From assembly GCA_035254105.1 (NCBI GenBank), contig DATFAZ010000153.1:11511-75510 (forward strand): a DNA stretch of 64,000 bases, given 5' to 3'. Every line of letters starts with the position of its first letter. Position 1 is the first letter of the stretch. Both the position numbers and the translations under genes were made by a program. This DNA comes from Noviherbaspirillum sp. GTDB lineage: Bacteria > Pseudomonadota > Gammaproteobacteria > Burkholderiales > Burkholderiaceae_D. Shown piece after piece: positions 1-9,680 of this stretch. Below the pieces are notes generated by a model. The model was not told the origin of the DNA and ran no database searches. It saw only the letters and a list, made by a program, of their open reading frames with translations.

Positions 1-2
1 CC

Positions 3-659
3 AGCCCGGACAACTATTCCACCGCGCAGGATCTGGCCACGCTTGCCACCCGCCTGATCAACGATCATCCGGAGCACTACAAGATTTACTCCACCAAGGA
101 ATACACCTATAACAAGATCACGCAGCCGAACCGCAACCGCCTGCTGTGGCTCGATCCGACCGTGGATGGCATGAAGACCGGCCACACCGCCGCCGCCGGC
201 TACTGCCTGATTTCATCGGCCAAACGGCCGAACGGCAACGGCGACCGCCGCCTGATTTCGGTGGTGCTCGGCACGGTATCCGATCAGGTGCGTGCGCAGG
301 AAAGCCAGAAGCTGTTGAACTGGGGCTTCCAGAATTTCGACACCGTGAAGCTGTACGCGAAAGGCCAGGCGGTGCAGACGCCGGAAGTCTGGAAGGGCTC
401 GCAAAGCCAGGTGAAGATCGGCTTTACGCAGGATGTGTATGTGACGGTGCCGAAAGGCGTCGCCGCCCGGATGAAGCCGGTACTGGAGCGCAAGGATCCG
501 CTGGTTGCACCGATCAACCAGAACAGCAAGGTCGGCACGCTGAAAATGGTCGTCGACGGCAAGCCTGTAACCGAATTGCCGGTCGTAGCACTGGAGCAGG
601 TGAACCAGGCCAGTATCTTCGGCCGCGCCTGGGACTCCATGCGCCTGTTGATGAAGTAA
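3..659 (+). CDS. dacA: D-alanyl-D-alanine carboxypeptidase (PBP5/6 family), 5'-truncated by the window edge
   Basis: Open frame from nt 3 (SPDNYSTAQDLA...QPNRNRLL...DGMKTGHTAAAGYCL) with KTG motif and PBP5 C-terminal domain; upstream of dat/ybeD. Confidence 0.88.
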   Translation, partial: SPDNYSTAQDLATLATRLINDHPEHYKIYSTKEYTYNKITQPNRNRLLWLDPTVDGMKTGHTAAAGYCLISSAKRPNGNGDRRLISVVLGTVSDQVRAQESQKLLNWGFQNFDTVKLYAKGQAVQTPEVWKGSQSQVKIGFTQDVYVTVPKGVAARMKPVLERKDPLVAPINQNSKVGTLKMVVDGKPVTELPVVALEQVNQASIFGRAWDSMRLLMK

Positions 660-707
660 AGCTCTTTCAGCGCAAGGCTGGTGCTGGATGCCGGCCTTGC
701 CTCCGAC

Positions 708-1571
708 ATGCAAGATCCTCTCGTCTATCTCCGCACAGGAGACTCCAGCGGACAATTAACGCCGCTATCCGAAGCGAAAATCCCGGTGCTCGACCGGGGT
801 TTCATTTTTGGCGATGGCGTGTATGAAGTGATCCCGATGTACGCGCGCCGCCTGTTTCGCGCGCAGCAGCATATCGCCCGCCTGTTCCGCAGCCTGAATG
901 CGATTGCGATTCCCAATCCGCATACCGAAGATGAATGGATGGCGCTGATCGGCAAAGTTGCAGCGGCATATCCGGCCGATGACCAATTGATTTACATACA
1001 AGTCACCCGCGGCGTTGCCCGGCGCGCGCATGCGTTTCCAAAGGATGCGACGCCCACGGTATTCATCATGACCAACGCCTTGAGCGTGCCTGCGGCGGAA
1101 GTGCGTGAGAAAGGGATTGCCTGCGTCTCCACGGAAGACCTGCGCTGGCTGCGTTGCGATATCAAGTCGACATCCCTGCTGGGGAATGTGCTCGCTGCGC
1201 AATATGCGGCAGAACAGGGCGCCGTCGAAGCAATCCAGTTCCGCGATGGATTCCTGACGGAGGGCGCCTCGTCCAACGTATGGATCGTCCGAAATGGCAT
1301 GCTGATGACGCCGCCAAAAGACAACTTGATTCTCGAAGGCGTTCGCTACGGACTGATTGAAGAATTGTGCGCAAGCTGCCAGATACCTTTCGCCTCACGC
1401 CGCATTGCGCCTGAAGAAGTTTTCGGCGCGGATGAGGTACTGCTGTCGTCCGCCGGCCGCGAAGTACTGCCTGTAGTAAGCATTGACGGCAAACGCATTG
1501 CCGACGGCACGCCCGGCCCGGTTTTCCAGGCACTGTATGCGGCCTACCAGGTCGCCAAGGGCGTACAATAA
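708..1571 (+). CDS. dat: D-amino acid aminotransferase (PLP class IV)
   Basis: DRGFIFGDGVYE, RCDIKSTSLL (catalytic Lys), EGASSNVW, ILEGVR motifs; ATG 708 chosen over GTG 681. Confidence 0.88.
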   Translation: MQDPLVYLRTGDSSGQLTPLSEAKIPVLDRGFIFGDGVYEVIPMYARRLFRAQQHIARLFRSLNAIAIPNPHTEDEWMALIGKVAAAYPADDQLIYIQVTRGVARRAHAFPKDATPTVFIMTNALSVPAAEVREKGIACVSTEDLRWLRCDIKSTSLLGNVLAAQYAAEQGAVEAIQFRDGFLTEGASSNVWIVRNGMLMTPPKDNLILEGVRYGLIEELCASCQIPFASRRIAPEEVFGADEVLLSSAGREVLPVVSIDGKRIADGTPGPVFQALYAAYQVAKGVQ

Positions 1572-1626
1572 AAACATTGAAATTCGCCGTGCCGATCCCA
1601 TCTGCAACGGTATCCGCGAGAATGCC

Positions 1627-1896
1627 ATGCCACAACCAACTGATAGCCTCATCGAATATCCCTGCGACTTTCCCATCAAGGTCATGGGCGTAATGCAAGA
1701 AACATTTGCCCAGACCATGGTGGAAGTCGTCACCCTGCACGACCCGACTTTCCATGCAGGCAAGGTGGAAATGCGTCCGTCAACGAAAGGCACCTACCTG
1801 TCGCTGACGGTAACCGTGCGCGCCATCAGCCGCGAGCAATTGGACAACCTGTATCGCGCGCTCTCATCGCATCCGATGGTGAAGGTAGTACTTTGA
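1627..1896 (+). CDS. ybeD: YbeD/DUF493 family protein
   Basis: LIEYPCDFPIKVMG...GTYLSLTVTV...QLDNLYRALSSHPMVKVVL; usual dacA-lipB neighbourhood. Confidence 0.92.
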   Translation: MPQPTDSLIEYPCDFPIKVMGVMQETFAQTMVEVVTLHDPTFHAGKVEMRPSTKGTYLSLTVTVRAISREQLDNLYRALSSHPMVKVVL

Positions 1897-1903
1897 CGAA
1901 TCG

Positions 1904-2827
1904 CTAGATGGCCTTGGGAATTTTCGGTGTTTGAGGCGCCCCGTTCTTTCCCACCTGCGCGAGTATCCAGTTACGGAAAGCCTGCACCTGCGGCTTGCGC
2001 AAAGCCTCCGGTGGGCATGCCAGATAATAGGAATGCGGACATAGCACGGCGACATCGAACAGCCGCACCAGGTCGCCGGATTCAATGTCCGACGCCGCGA
2101 TCACATGACGCGCCAGCGCAATGCCGTTACCCTCAACGGCAGCCCGTACCAGCATCGATGAATCCTGGAATACCAGTCCGGCAGTCGGCTCCGGCATATC
2201 CAGCCCGGCAGCGTGAAACCATGGCGCCCACGGCTCCCCTTCGCAGCGGAGCAATGCTTTCTGCATCAACTTCTGTGGCGACTGCGGCAGCCTGCCGCCA
2301 TTGAACCGCGGACTTGCGACCGGATAGTAATAGTCATCCATGAGCTTTTCGACCGCCAGCCCCGGATAATTGCCAGGTCCGAAGCGGATCCCGATATCCA
2401 CTGACTCGCGCACGAAATCGGTCAAATGATTACTTGATTGCAGCATTACCTCCATGTCGGGATACTGCTCAATGAAGCTGCCGAGCCGCGGCGATAGCCA
2501 GCGCGCTGCAAACGACGGCAAAGCGGTTACCGTCAGCCGCACCTGTTTTGCGTCAGCCTGAAGTGCTGCAGCAGCCGATGCGATCTCCGTCAGGGCCTTG
2601 CGTACTGTGGCGGCAAAGCGCGCGCCTTCCGGCGTGATCGCAATGCGCTTGCCATGGCGTGCAAACAGCATGACACCCAACTCCTCTTCCAGTGCGCGTA
2701 CCTGATGGCTGATGGCACCGTGTGTCACATGTATCTCTTCTGCCGCGCGCGAAAAGTTGCCGTGACGGGCTGCCGCCTCGAAGGCTCGCAATGCGGCAAG
2801 GTTGGGCAAGCGACGCAGATCAGCCAT
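1904..2827 (-). CDS. gcvA: LysR-family regulator, GcvA-like
   Basis: LPNLAALRAFEAAARHGNFSRAAEEIHVTHGAISHQVRALEE HTH; FAARWLSPRL and DIGIRFG; ATG at 2827. Confidence 0.85.
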   Translation of the reverse strand: MADLRRLPNLAALRAFEAAARHGNFSRAAEEIHVTHGAISHQVRALEEELGVMLFARHGKRIAITPEGARFAATVRKALTEIASAAAALQADAKQVRLTVTALPSFAARWLSPRLGSFIEQYPDMEVMLQSSNHLTDFVRESVDIGIRFGPGNYPGLAVEKLMDDYYYPVASPRFNGGRLPQSPQKLMQKALLRCEGEPWAPWFHAAGLDMPEPTAGLVFQDSSMLVRAAVEGNGIALARHVIAASDIESGDLVRLFDVAVLCPHSYYLACPPEALRKPQVQAFRNWILAQVGKNGAPQTPKIPKAI

Positions 2828-2832
2828 TTTTA

Positions 2833-2849
2833 TGTGAATTAATCTAACA
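2833..2849. promoter_or_regulatory. Putative LysR binding site in the gcvA/DUF2917 divergent region
   Basis: Imperfect dyad TGTGAATTAATCTAACA containing T-N11-A, next to the gcvA start. Confidence 0.4.
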
Positions 2850-2977
2850 AGGAAAGCAAAAATATATCGTTTAGACAGCACGCCTGCAAGAACTAGAATG
2901 CCTCTACACGACGGCATATTTAAAAGATTCAAGATAGAGGTGCCGGCATTTTTCCACGCCACTTCAGGAGCATGATC

Positions 2978-3337
2978 ATGAGAGGCATATTCGCAAAGCA
3001 ATCAGTCACGATAGAAGCAGGCGAAGCCGTTTCTGGTGTTGCCGGTCGCGCACAAACCCTGCACATCTTGCATGGGCGCGTTTGGCTTACGGTGGAAGGC
3101 GTCTCGCATGATTACTGGTTGTCAGCGGGCGCTCGTTTTCCGACCATCCCGGGACGCCTGATCGTGATCGAAGCCGATCAGGCGGGAAGTCAAGTTAATG
3201 TAATGAACGGCTGCAATCCTTCAATTCTGACCAAAATTCGCGAGCACGTACGCAGGCTAGTCGAGCAATTGCGATTCAGAGAGCAGAAAGCCGGATTGCC
3301 GCAATGCGCTCTTGCACAATGCCAGCAACCGCACTGA
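2978..3337 (+). CDS. DUF2917 family protein
   Basis: GRVWLTVEGVSHDYWLSAG signature; divergent from GcvA-type LysR; AGGAG RBS at 2966-2970. Confidence 0.8.
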   Translation: MRGIFAKQSVTIEAGEAVSGVAGRAQTLHILHGRVWLTVEGVSHDYWLSAGARFPTIPGRLIVIEADQAGSQVNVMNGCNPSILTKIREHVRRLVEQLRFREQKAGLPQCALAQCQQPH

Positions 3338-3390
3338 TATTGCCGCTTTTTTCGCAGTGGCCGGAACAGGATTTAAAAAAGGGAGAATCG

Positions 3391-3705
3391 ATGACGAAAG
3401 TGATTCGCAGCCGTGAATTTACTGCAGACAATGCATGGGGCGCACTCGACATAGCGCGCATGAACGGCATCACGACGCGCCTGCACTGGACAGATGCGCC
3501 CTACAAATGGCATGTCAATGACGGCGAAGAGATATTCGCGGTAATGGATGGTTGCGTCGAGATGCGCTATCGCGAAAACGGCACGGAAAAAGTAGTGAAG
3601 CTGCAGGCGGGCGACATCTTTTTTGCAGGCATCGGTTGCGAGCATGTCGCCCACCCGCGTGGTGCTGCGCGCATCCTGGTGATCGAAAAGGAAGGCTCGG
3701 TTTAG
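3391..3705 (+). CDS. Cupin domain protein
   Basis: WHVNDGEEIFAVMDG and LQAGDIFFAGIGCEHVAHP cupin motifs; GGAG RBS. Confidence 0.85.
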   Translation: MTKVIRSREFTADNAWGALDIARMNGITTRLHWTDAPYKWHVNDGEEIFAVMDGCVEMRYRENGTEKVVKLQAGDIFFAGIGCEHVAHPRGAARILVIEKEGSV

Positions 3706-4727
3706 GCGCTCAATTCTCCGCTTAACTCTCCGCTTATATCGCGCAACAGTTCACGTCGTACTGTCTCGCCGGGCAATCCCAGCGCAAACAGGTGATGCAG
3801 CTTGGCGTAGATGGCTTCAAAGCCCATGTCGCTCGAACCAATCACGCCTGCATCCGTCATGCCGGCACCTGCCGCATACGCGCCGACTGAAACCCGGCCA
3901 TGCGGCGATTGGCTGCATGCAACCAGCACCGTGCCCCGCTCGCTTGCACGCCGCAGCATGTCAAGCAGCGTCGGATCGCTGTCTGGCGCATTGCCGGAAC
4001 CGTAGCACTGCAAAATTACCGCCTGTGGATTCAGGTCGAGCAGTGCCTGCAGCATCTTCATGGGCAAACCGGGGACGAATCGGATTGGCAGTACCGCATG
4101 CTCACCGTATTCCGGCAGTTCAAAGCGTTCACTCGCCGCACGCGGCAGAAGCGCCGGCAGGTTAAGGCGTACATCGATTCCGATCTCTGCCAAGTGCGGA
4201 TAGTTGGGACTATCAAAAGCATCCCACTTTTCGCTGCTCAGTTTGGTCGCACGATTGCCGCGCAACAGGCGCTGATTGAAGCAAATTGCAACTTCATTGA
4301 TCTCGTCCGAGGCAGCCAACTGCAGCGCGGTAATCAGATTCTGCGACGCATCCGATCGTGCGGCGCTCAGCGGAATTTGCGAACCCGTCAGGATCACCGG
4401 CTTGCGCAAGCCTTGCAACATGAAGGAAAGCGCAGCAGCGGTATACGCCATCGTATCGGTGCCGTGCAGTACGACGAAACCGTCATAGTCCTTGTAGCGC
4501 GCTGCGATGTCGCGGCCGATCCTTTGCCAGTCCTGCGGTGTCGCGTTGGCACTGTCGATCGGCTTTGCATACGCGTGCAGCGTGTACTGCGGCATGCTAT
4601 CGCCGTATGCCAGCAACAGCTTATCGAGCACAGTGGGGAAATTCGGCATCGGCGCAAATCCGTGCACCATTTGCGTCATTCCGATGGTGCCGCCGGTATA
4701 GATCAGGGCGATGTGTTTTCTGCGCAT
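3702..4727 (-). CDS. ansA: L-asparaginase type I (cytoplasmic)
   Basis: YTGGTIGM, HGTDTMAY, TGSQIP, GNRATK, AFDSPN motifs; no signal peptide. Confidence 0.9.
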   Translation of the reverse strand: MRRKHIALIYTGGTIGMTQMVHGFAPMPNFPTVLDKLLLAYGDSMPQYTLHAYAKPIDSANATPQDWQRIGRDIAARYKDYDGFVVLHGTDTMAYTAAALSFMLQGLRKPVILTGSQIPLSAARSDASQNLITALQLAASDEINEVAICFNQRLLRGNRATKLSSEKWDAFDSPNYPHLAEIGIDVRLNLPALLPRAASERFELPEYGEHAVLPIRFVPGLPMKMLQALLDLNPQAVILQCYGSGNAPDSDPTLLDMLRRASERGTVLVACSQSPHGRVSVGAYAAGAGMTDAGVIGSSDMGFEAIYAKLHHLFALGLPGETVRRELLRDISGELSGELSA

Positions 4728-4946
4728 TGCTTGGAATTTCCGTATGAGAGTCGATCCGTGCCGGACAGTGTGCCAGCATAACGCCAAGCCGTCATCTTAC
4801 CGGCCTATTATCGGTCTCATACCGGTCGCATACAGGATTGCGACCGAATCGCGTCGCTATCTGCACCGCAAGCAAAGCGCAAGGTACCGCGATGCCTGAC
4901 AACAGCCAGCAATACGCCGGAAGTCGTCAGGGATGGAAAGATTGCT

Positions 4947-6095
4947 TTATCTCACTACGGCGATGACATCGCGCTTGCCACCCTTGTAGGTGTACAGCGT
5001 CAGGGAACCATTCTTGATATCGCCCTTGCTGTCGAAGGCGATCTGTCCGGTTACGCCCTTGTAATTGGTCTTCGCCAGTTCCGGCAGGTATTTTGCGGGT
5101 TCAGCCGAACCAGCTTTCTTCATCGCTTCGACCATCACCATCACTGCATCATAGACGTACGGTGCATACAGCTGCACATCGATGCCGAACTTCTTCTTGT
5201 AAGCAGCACGGAAGTCGTCCATGCCCTTCTTCTGGGTCTCTTCCACACCGCCTGCTTCTGCACACACGACCTGACCCGGTGTGCCGATTGCATCACCAGC
5301 CAGATTAGCCAGGTTTTCGGTGCAGATGCCGTCGCCCCCCATGAATTTAACATTCATGCCAAGCGCCTTCATCTGGCGCAGCATCGGGCCGGCTACTGCG
5401 TCCATACCACCAAAGAATACGACGTCTGGACTCTTTGGCTTGATGGCGGTCAGGATCGCGTTAAAGTCGGTGGCCTTGTCGTTGGTGTATTGCTGCGCAA
5501 CCACCTGCACGCCCTTGGCCTTCGCGCCCTTGATGAATTCCTGCGCCACACCCTGACCGTAAGCGGTACGATCGTCGATCACGGCAACCTTCTTCGCCTT
5601 CAGCTGGTCAGCCGCATAGCGACCCAGCGTGCCGCCCAACTGGCCGTCATTGGCGACGACACGGAAGGCCGTCTTGAAGCCTTGCTGCGTGTATTTCGGG
5701 TTGGTCGCCGACGGCGAGATTTGCGGGATGCCGGCATCATGATAAATCTTCGAGGCCGGGATGGTGGTGCCGGAATTCAAATGGCCGATGACGCCGTTGA
5801 CCTTGGCATCGACCAGTTTCTGCGCGGCAGCCGTGCCTTGCTTGGGGTCGGCCGCATCGTCTTCTGCCAGCAGTTCGAACTTGACCTTCTTGCCGCCGAT
5901 GGTCACGCCCTTGGCGTTGAGCTCGTCGATGGCCATGCGTGCGCCGTTCTCATTGTCCTTGCCGAGGTGCGCGATCGAACCGGAGATCGGGGCGACATGG
6001 CCGATCTTGACGACTTGTTCCTGTGCCGATGCAGCACCTGCAAAGGCAAAGGCAATCGCACCAGCCAGCGGAATTATTTTTGTACTGAACAGCAT
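4947..6095 (-). CDS. livK: Branched-chain amino acid ABC transporter substrate-binding protein (orphan)
   Basis: Signal peptide (ASA-Q), EDDAADPKQG, IGHLNSGTTIPAS, ISPSATNP, DDRTAYGQG. Confidence 0.88.
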   Translation of the reverse strand: MLFSTKIIPLAGAIAFAFAGAASAQEQVVKIGHVAPISGSIAHLGKDNENGARMAIDELNAKGVTIGGKKVKFELLAEDDAADPKQGTAAAQKLVDAKVNGVIGHLNSGTTIPASKIYHDAGIPQISPSATNPKYTQQGFKTAFRVVANDGQLGGTLGRYAADQLKAKKVAVIDDRTAYGQGVAQEFIKGAKAKGVQVVAQQYTNDKATDFNAILTAIKPKSPDVVFFGGMDAVAGPMLRQMKALGMNVKFMGGDGICTENLANLAGDAIGTPGQVVCAEAGGVEETQKKGMDDFRAAYKKKFGIDVQLYAPYVYDAVMVMVEAMKKAGSAEPAKYLPELAKTNYKGVTGQIAFDSKGDIKNGSLTLYTYKGGKRDVIAVVR

Positions 6096-6290
6096 GTTTA
6101 TCTCCTAAGTTTGAAAAAAATAAAAAAGCTGCAAGCCTTGCCGCGCAGCCGGCTGCCCTGATTTTCAGCCTGTCCGGACAGAATTGATGAAGCGGCCTGC
6201 GTGCGTTTTGATTAATCGCAACCATTGCATTTGGCTGCTATCCTGTACCGCTGTCAGCCCCACGATGTCATCCCCAGTAAACTAACGCCC

Positions 6291-6929
6291 ATGCGTACTC
6301 CGTCCATCATCGACCGCGGCAACGAGCCGTACGAAACCACTTTCGCCGCAATGCGCGCGTTCACCGATGCCCGCACACCCGATACCCGGGACGAGTTGTG
6401 GATCGTCGAGCATCCGCCGGTATTCACCCTCGGCCTCGGTGCTGACCCTTCGCATGTTCTGAATGCACACGACACGCCGGTGGTTCAGACTGACCGCGGC
6501 GGAGAAGTGACTTATCACGGGCCAGGCCAGGTTGTTGTCTATCTGCTTATGGATTTGCGCCGAAAGCCGGGTGCGCGCCTGTATGCGCGCGAATTCGTGA
6601 ATAAAATCGAACAGGCAGTTATCGAGACCTTGCGCGCGTATAATCTGGAAGGCGAGCGCAAGCCCGGCGCGCCCGGCATTTACATGTCAGGCGGCACATG
6701 GAAAGGCGCAAAAATCGCCGCGCTCGGCTTGAAGGTGCGCGGCAACGGCTGCACTTACCATGGCGTGTCCCTCAATGTTGCAATGGACCTTGCTCCATTT
6801 TCCTGGATCAACCCCTGCGGCTATGAAGGACTGGCAACGGTGGACATGAAAACCGTCGGCGTGGAAGCGCCGCTGCGCGAGGTGCAACAGGCATTGGCTC
6901 GCAACCTGATCAATTTGTTATCGATGTAA
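6291..6929 (+). CDS. lipB: Octanoyltransferase LipB
   Basis: [34 protein letters not shown]. Confidence 0.95.
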   Translation: MRTPSIIDRGNEPYETTFAAMRAFTDARTPDTRDELWIVEHPPVFTLGLGADPSHVLNAHDTPVVQTDRGGEVTYHGPGQVVVYLLMDLRRKPGARLYAREFVNKIEQAVIETLRAYNLEGERKPGAPGIYMSGGTWKGAKIAALGLKVRGNGCTYHGVSLNVAMDLAPFSWINPCGYEGLATVDMKTVGVEAPLREVQQALARNLINLLSM

Positions 6930-6982
6930 AACCAGCGTAAGAACGCCTGCTGCCCCGTCGAAGCGACGGACGCGAAACTATC

Positions 6983-7972
6983 ATGACCACCGAAAAAGAC
7001 TCCCCCGCTGCTCCCGCCTACAACCCCAGCGAAAAGCAGAAAGGCGCCGGCAAAACCGCGCGCATACCAATCAAGATCGTACCTGCAGAAAAGTTGCCGA
7101 AACCCGACTGGATTCGAGTGAAAGCCGGATCGCCCTCGACCCGTTTCTACGAGATCAAGGATATCCTGCGCGAGAACAAGCTGGTCACCGTGTGCGAAGA
7201 AGCGAGCTGTCCGAACATCGGCGAATGCTTCGGCAAGGGCACGGCAACCTTCATGATCATGGGCGACAAGTGCACCCGCCGCTGTCCGTTCTGCGATGTC
7301 GGCCACGGCCGCCCCGATCCGCTGGATGCGAATGAGCCGGCGAAACTGGCAAAGACGATTGCCGCGATGCGCTTGCAATATGTGGTCATCACCTCAGTCG
7401 ATCGCGATGATCTGCGTGACGGTGGCGCCGGCCATTTTGCCGACTGCATCCGCGAAGTGCGCGCGCTGTCGCCGAAGACCCGTATCGAAGTCCTCACGCC
7501 GGACTTTCGCGGCCGCATGGAAAAGGCGCTGGAAGCATTGGGCGCCGCACCGCCGGACGTGATGAACCACAACCTCGAAACCGTGCCGCGCCTGTACAAG
7601 GAAGCGCGCCCCGGCGCCGACTATGAATTTTCGCTGAGCCTGCTCAAGCGCTTCAAGGAGCTACATCCGGAGGTGCCGACCAAATCCGGACTGATGGTCG
7701 GCCTCGGGGAAACCGACGAAGAAATCCTGCAAGTGATGCGCGACTTGCGCACGCATGGCGTGACGATGCTGACCATCGGTCAGTACCTGATGCCCTCCGG
7801 CGACCATTTGCCGGTAAGGCGCTATGTGCATCCGGACGCCTTCAAAATGTTCGAGGCCGAGGCGTACAAGATGGGTTTTGCGCATGCCGCTGTCGGCGCG
7901 ATGGTACGCAGCTCGTATCACGCGGACATGCAGGCGCATGGGGCTGGCGTGGGCGTCAACGATCAGAAATAA
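6983..7972 (+). CDS. lipA: Lipoyl synthase
   Basis: [12 protein letters not shown] auxiliary-cluster motif, CTRRCPFC radical-SAM motif, C-terminal RSSYHA. Confidence 0.97.
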   Translation: MTTEKDSPAAPAYNPSEKQKGAGKTARIPIKIVPAEKLPKPDWIRVKAGSPSTRFYEIKDILRENKLVTVCEEASCPNIGECFGKGTATFMIMGDKCTRRCPFCDVGHGRPDPLDANEPAKLAKTIAAMRLQYVVITSVDRDDLRDGGAGHFADCIREVRALSPKTRIEVLTPDFRGRMEKALEALGAAPPDVMNHNLETVPRLYKEARPGADYEFSLSLLKRFKELHPEVPTKSGLMVGLGETDEEILQVMRDLRTHGVTMLTIGQYLMPSGDHLPVRRYVHPDAFKMFEAEAYKMGFAHAAVGAMVRSSYHADMQAHGAGVGVNDQK

Positions 7973-7976
7973 ATAA

Positions 7977-8018
7977 AAAAACAGCAGTCAAATCGCTTTG
8001 GATTCGTCTGCTGTTTTT
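7977..8018. terminator. Probably bidirectional intrinsic terminator after lipA
   Basis: AAAAACAGCAG...CTGCTGTTTTT inverted repeat with A/T tracts on both sides, between convergent lipA and Crp/Fnr genes. Confidence 0.7.
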
Positions 8019-8281
8019 CAAAATTCTCTTTTTGTCACAACGTCTTTTCATCGGTTGGACGTACCGCACAAGCCCCGCTGCCTTATTCCGCGCTAAGCCT
8101 TCATCCTATTAGTGAAGATAGATTGCGGCACTCGCAATTTTCCTCGCTGGCTTGGACGGCCGCCTATCCTTCCCTTTTGCTATTGCAGACAGTCTCAGAA
8201 CGAGTCACTCGCAGCAAAGCGATCGCTATCCGACTCAAATGGCGGCTTCAAGTTTGTATAAATGAACTGCGCTTCTCGTGT

Positions 8282-8989
8282 TCAGGCAGTCTCCAAAAGA
8301 TCCATCTTCTCGGCATCAAGGATGCGGATCTGACGGCCACGGACTTCAATAAGGCCGGCTGAAGACAATTCCTGCAGCAGGCGTGAAAACGTTGGCGCAG
8401 CAATTCCTAAGCGGCAGGCAAGCAGCATCTTGCTCGTGTCGAGTTCGACATCCTTGTTTGATTGTCGCTCACTCTGGTGCAAGAGATAGCTGGCGAGACG
8501 CTGTTTGGCGGTAGCGCTAATTTTTCGGTGAAATTCGCTTACAACGGTATGAGTCTGCTGCGCCAAGCGATGAAGCAGATCACGGGAAAATGTTGAAGAG
8601 CTATCCGTAAGATTGAAAATCTGTTCTTTGGGAGTCAATATGACCAGCGCGTCCGATACCACTTCGACACTGACGAGATAGGGGCGATCGAGGAAAATCT
8701 CTGCCAGTCCGAAAGAGTCGCCGCGCTCAAGAATCTCTAACGTGTGTTGGGACCCGTCAGCGCGTTCGCAATACACTCTGACTTGACCAAAAACCACGAC
8801 ATACACTCCTTTCGCCAATTCACCACTTCGTACAAGCTGCGTACCACGCGGCTTTCGAATTGTTATAGATGTGTCGGCAAGGCTATCCAACTGGGAATGC
8901 GAGAGCGAACGATACAACTCGATGTTCGCGATAATGTCTCTTTTCAGGAAGGATGTTTCGCTGAGCCAGGAAACCGCTTCTTTTTTCAT
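8282..8989 (-). CDS. Crp/Fnr-family transcriptional regulator (Dnr-like; no Fe-S cysteine cluster)
   Basis: cNMP-binding-like domain (GVYVVVFGQVRV, GDSFG), KQRLASYLL, winged HTH LACRLGIAAPTFSRLLQELSSAGLI. Confidence 0.85.
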   Translation of the reverse strand: MKKEAVSWLSETSFLKRDIIANIELYRSLSHSQLDSLADTSITIRKPRGTQLVRSGELAKGVYVVVFGQVRVYCERADGSQHTLEILERGDSFGLAEIFLDRPYLVSVEVVSDALVILTPKEQIFNLTDSSSTFSRDLLHRLAQQTHTVVSEFHRKISATAKQRLASYLLHQSERQSNKDVELDTSKMLLACRLGIAAPTFSRLLQELSSAGLIEVRGRQIRILDAEKMDLLETA

Positions 8990-9073
8990 GTAATTGAATT
9001 CCGCTATAGAACAGGAAGGAAATCCGCGGTCTCATGAAATACTCCATGGACTGTGGCGCGGGAGCCTGCTCTA

Positions 9074-9089
9074 AGCAGTTTATATGCCA
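9074..9089 (-). promoter_or_regulatory. Putative sigma54 (-24/-12) promoter of the Crp/Fnr gene
   Basis: Minus strand TGGCATATAAACTGCT = GG-N10-GC, about 85 nt upstream of ATG 8989. Confidence 0.6.
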
Positions 9090-9213
9090 CGATGCTGATG
9101 CGGTATTGCAGTTGATAATCGTTCTAACGGAATGTAAAAGAAGGGATGTTCGCTGCTAATTGCTCGTCTGATTTCTTATTATTGAGAACGCAGCTTCCCG
9201 ATTTAATGAACGC

Positions 9214-9230
9214 GTGTAGGCGGTTACACA
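9214..9230. promoter_or_regulatory. Putative enhancer/operator upstream of the sigma54 site
   Basis: GTGTAGGCGGTTACACA reads as TGT-N10-ACA and as a GTGTA-N6-TACAC palindrome, about 125-140 nt upstream of the -24 box. Confidence 0.4.
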
Positions 9231-9295
9231 ACATGTCCTGTTGATGTTCTTTCGCGGCGAATCGATTCCGCAAAGTCAAATAACACTTCCGCGAC

Positions 9296-9510
9296 CGCAT
9301 GGCGTGACGATGCTCACCATCGGCCAGTACCTAATGCCATCCGGCGACCATTTGCCGGTTCGCCGCTATGTGCATCCGGCCCCCTTCAAGATATTCGAGG
9401 CCGAAGCGTACAAGATGGATTTTGCGCATGCGGCGGTCGCCGCGATTGTGCGCAACTCCTATCATGCCGATATGCAGGCGCATGGGGCGGGTATGAATGT
9501 GGACAGTCAG
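9296..9510 (+). pseudogene. lipA: Degenerate direct copy of the lipA 3' end (about 70 codons)
   Basis: Aligns without gaps to 7752-7966: [27 protein letters not shown]...[14 protein letters not shown]; lacks all N-terminal Cys motifs. Confidence 0.92.
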
Positions 9511-9680
9511 CAAGCAGTCCGAATGCTCACTCGAATTGTTTTTTGATCGTCCTCACAGAAGCCGGATCCGATAGTCGGATAAAGCGTGCCTATAGCCGCG
9601 ACTGCACTCACACCCGGAATGCGACGCTTCGGGAATCGGTATCCGAAGCGCCCCGTCATGCTACACCGATACTGTTCAAG

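Noticed and set aside
9241-9546. 101-aa ORF as a functional mini-LipA
   Set aside because: Lacks both Fe-S cysteine motifs, has an unrelated N-terminus and no clear RBS; better explained as a duplication remnant
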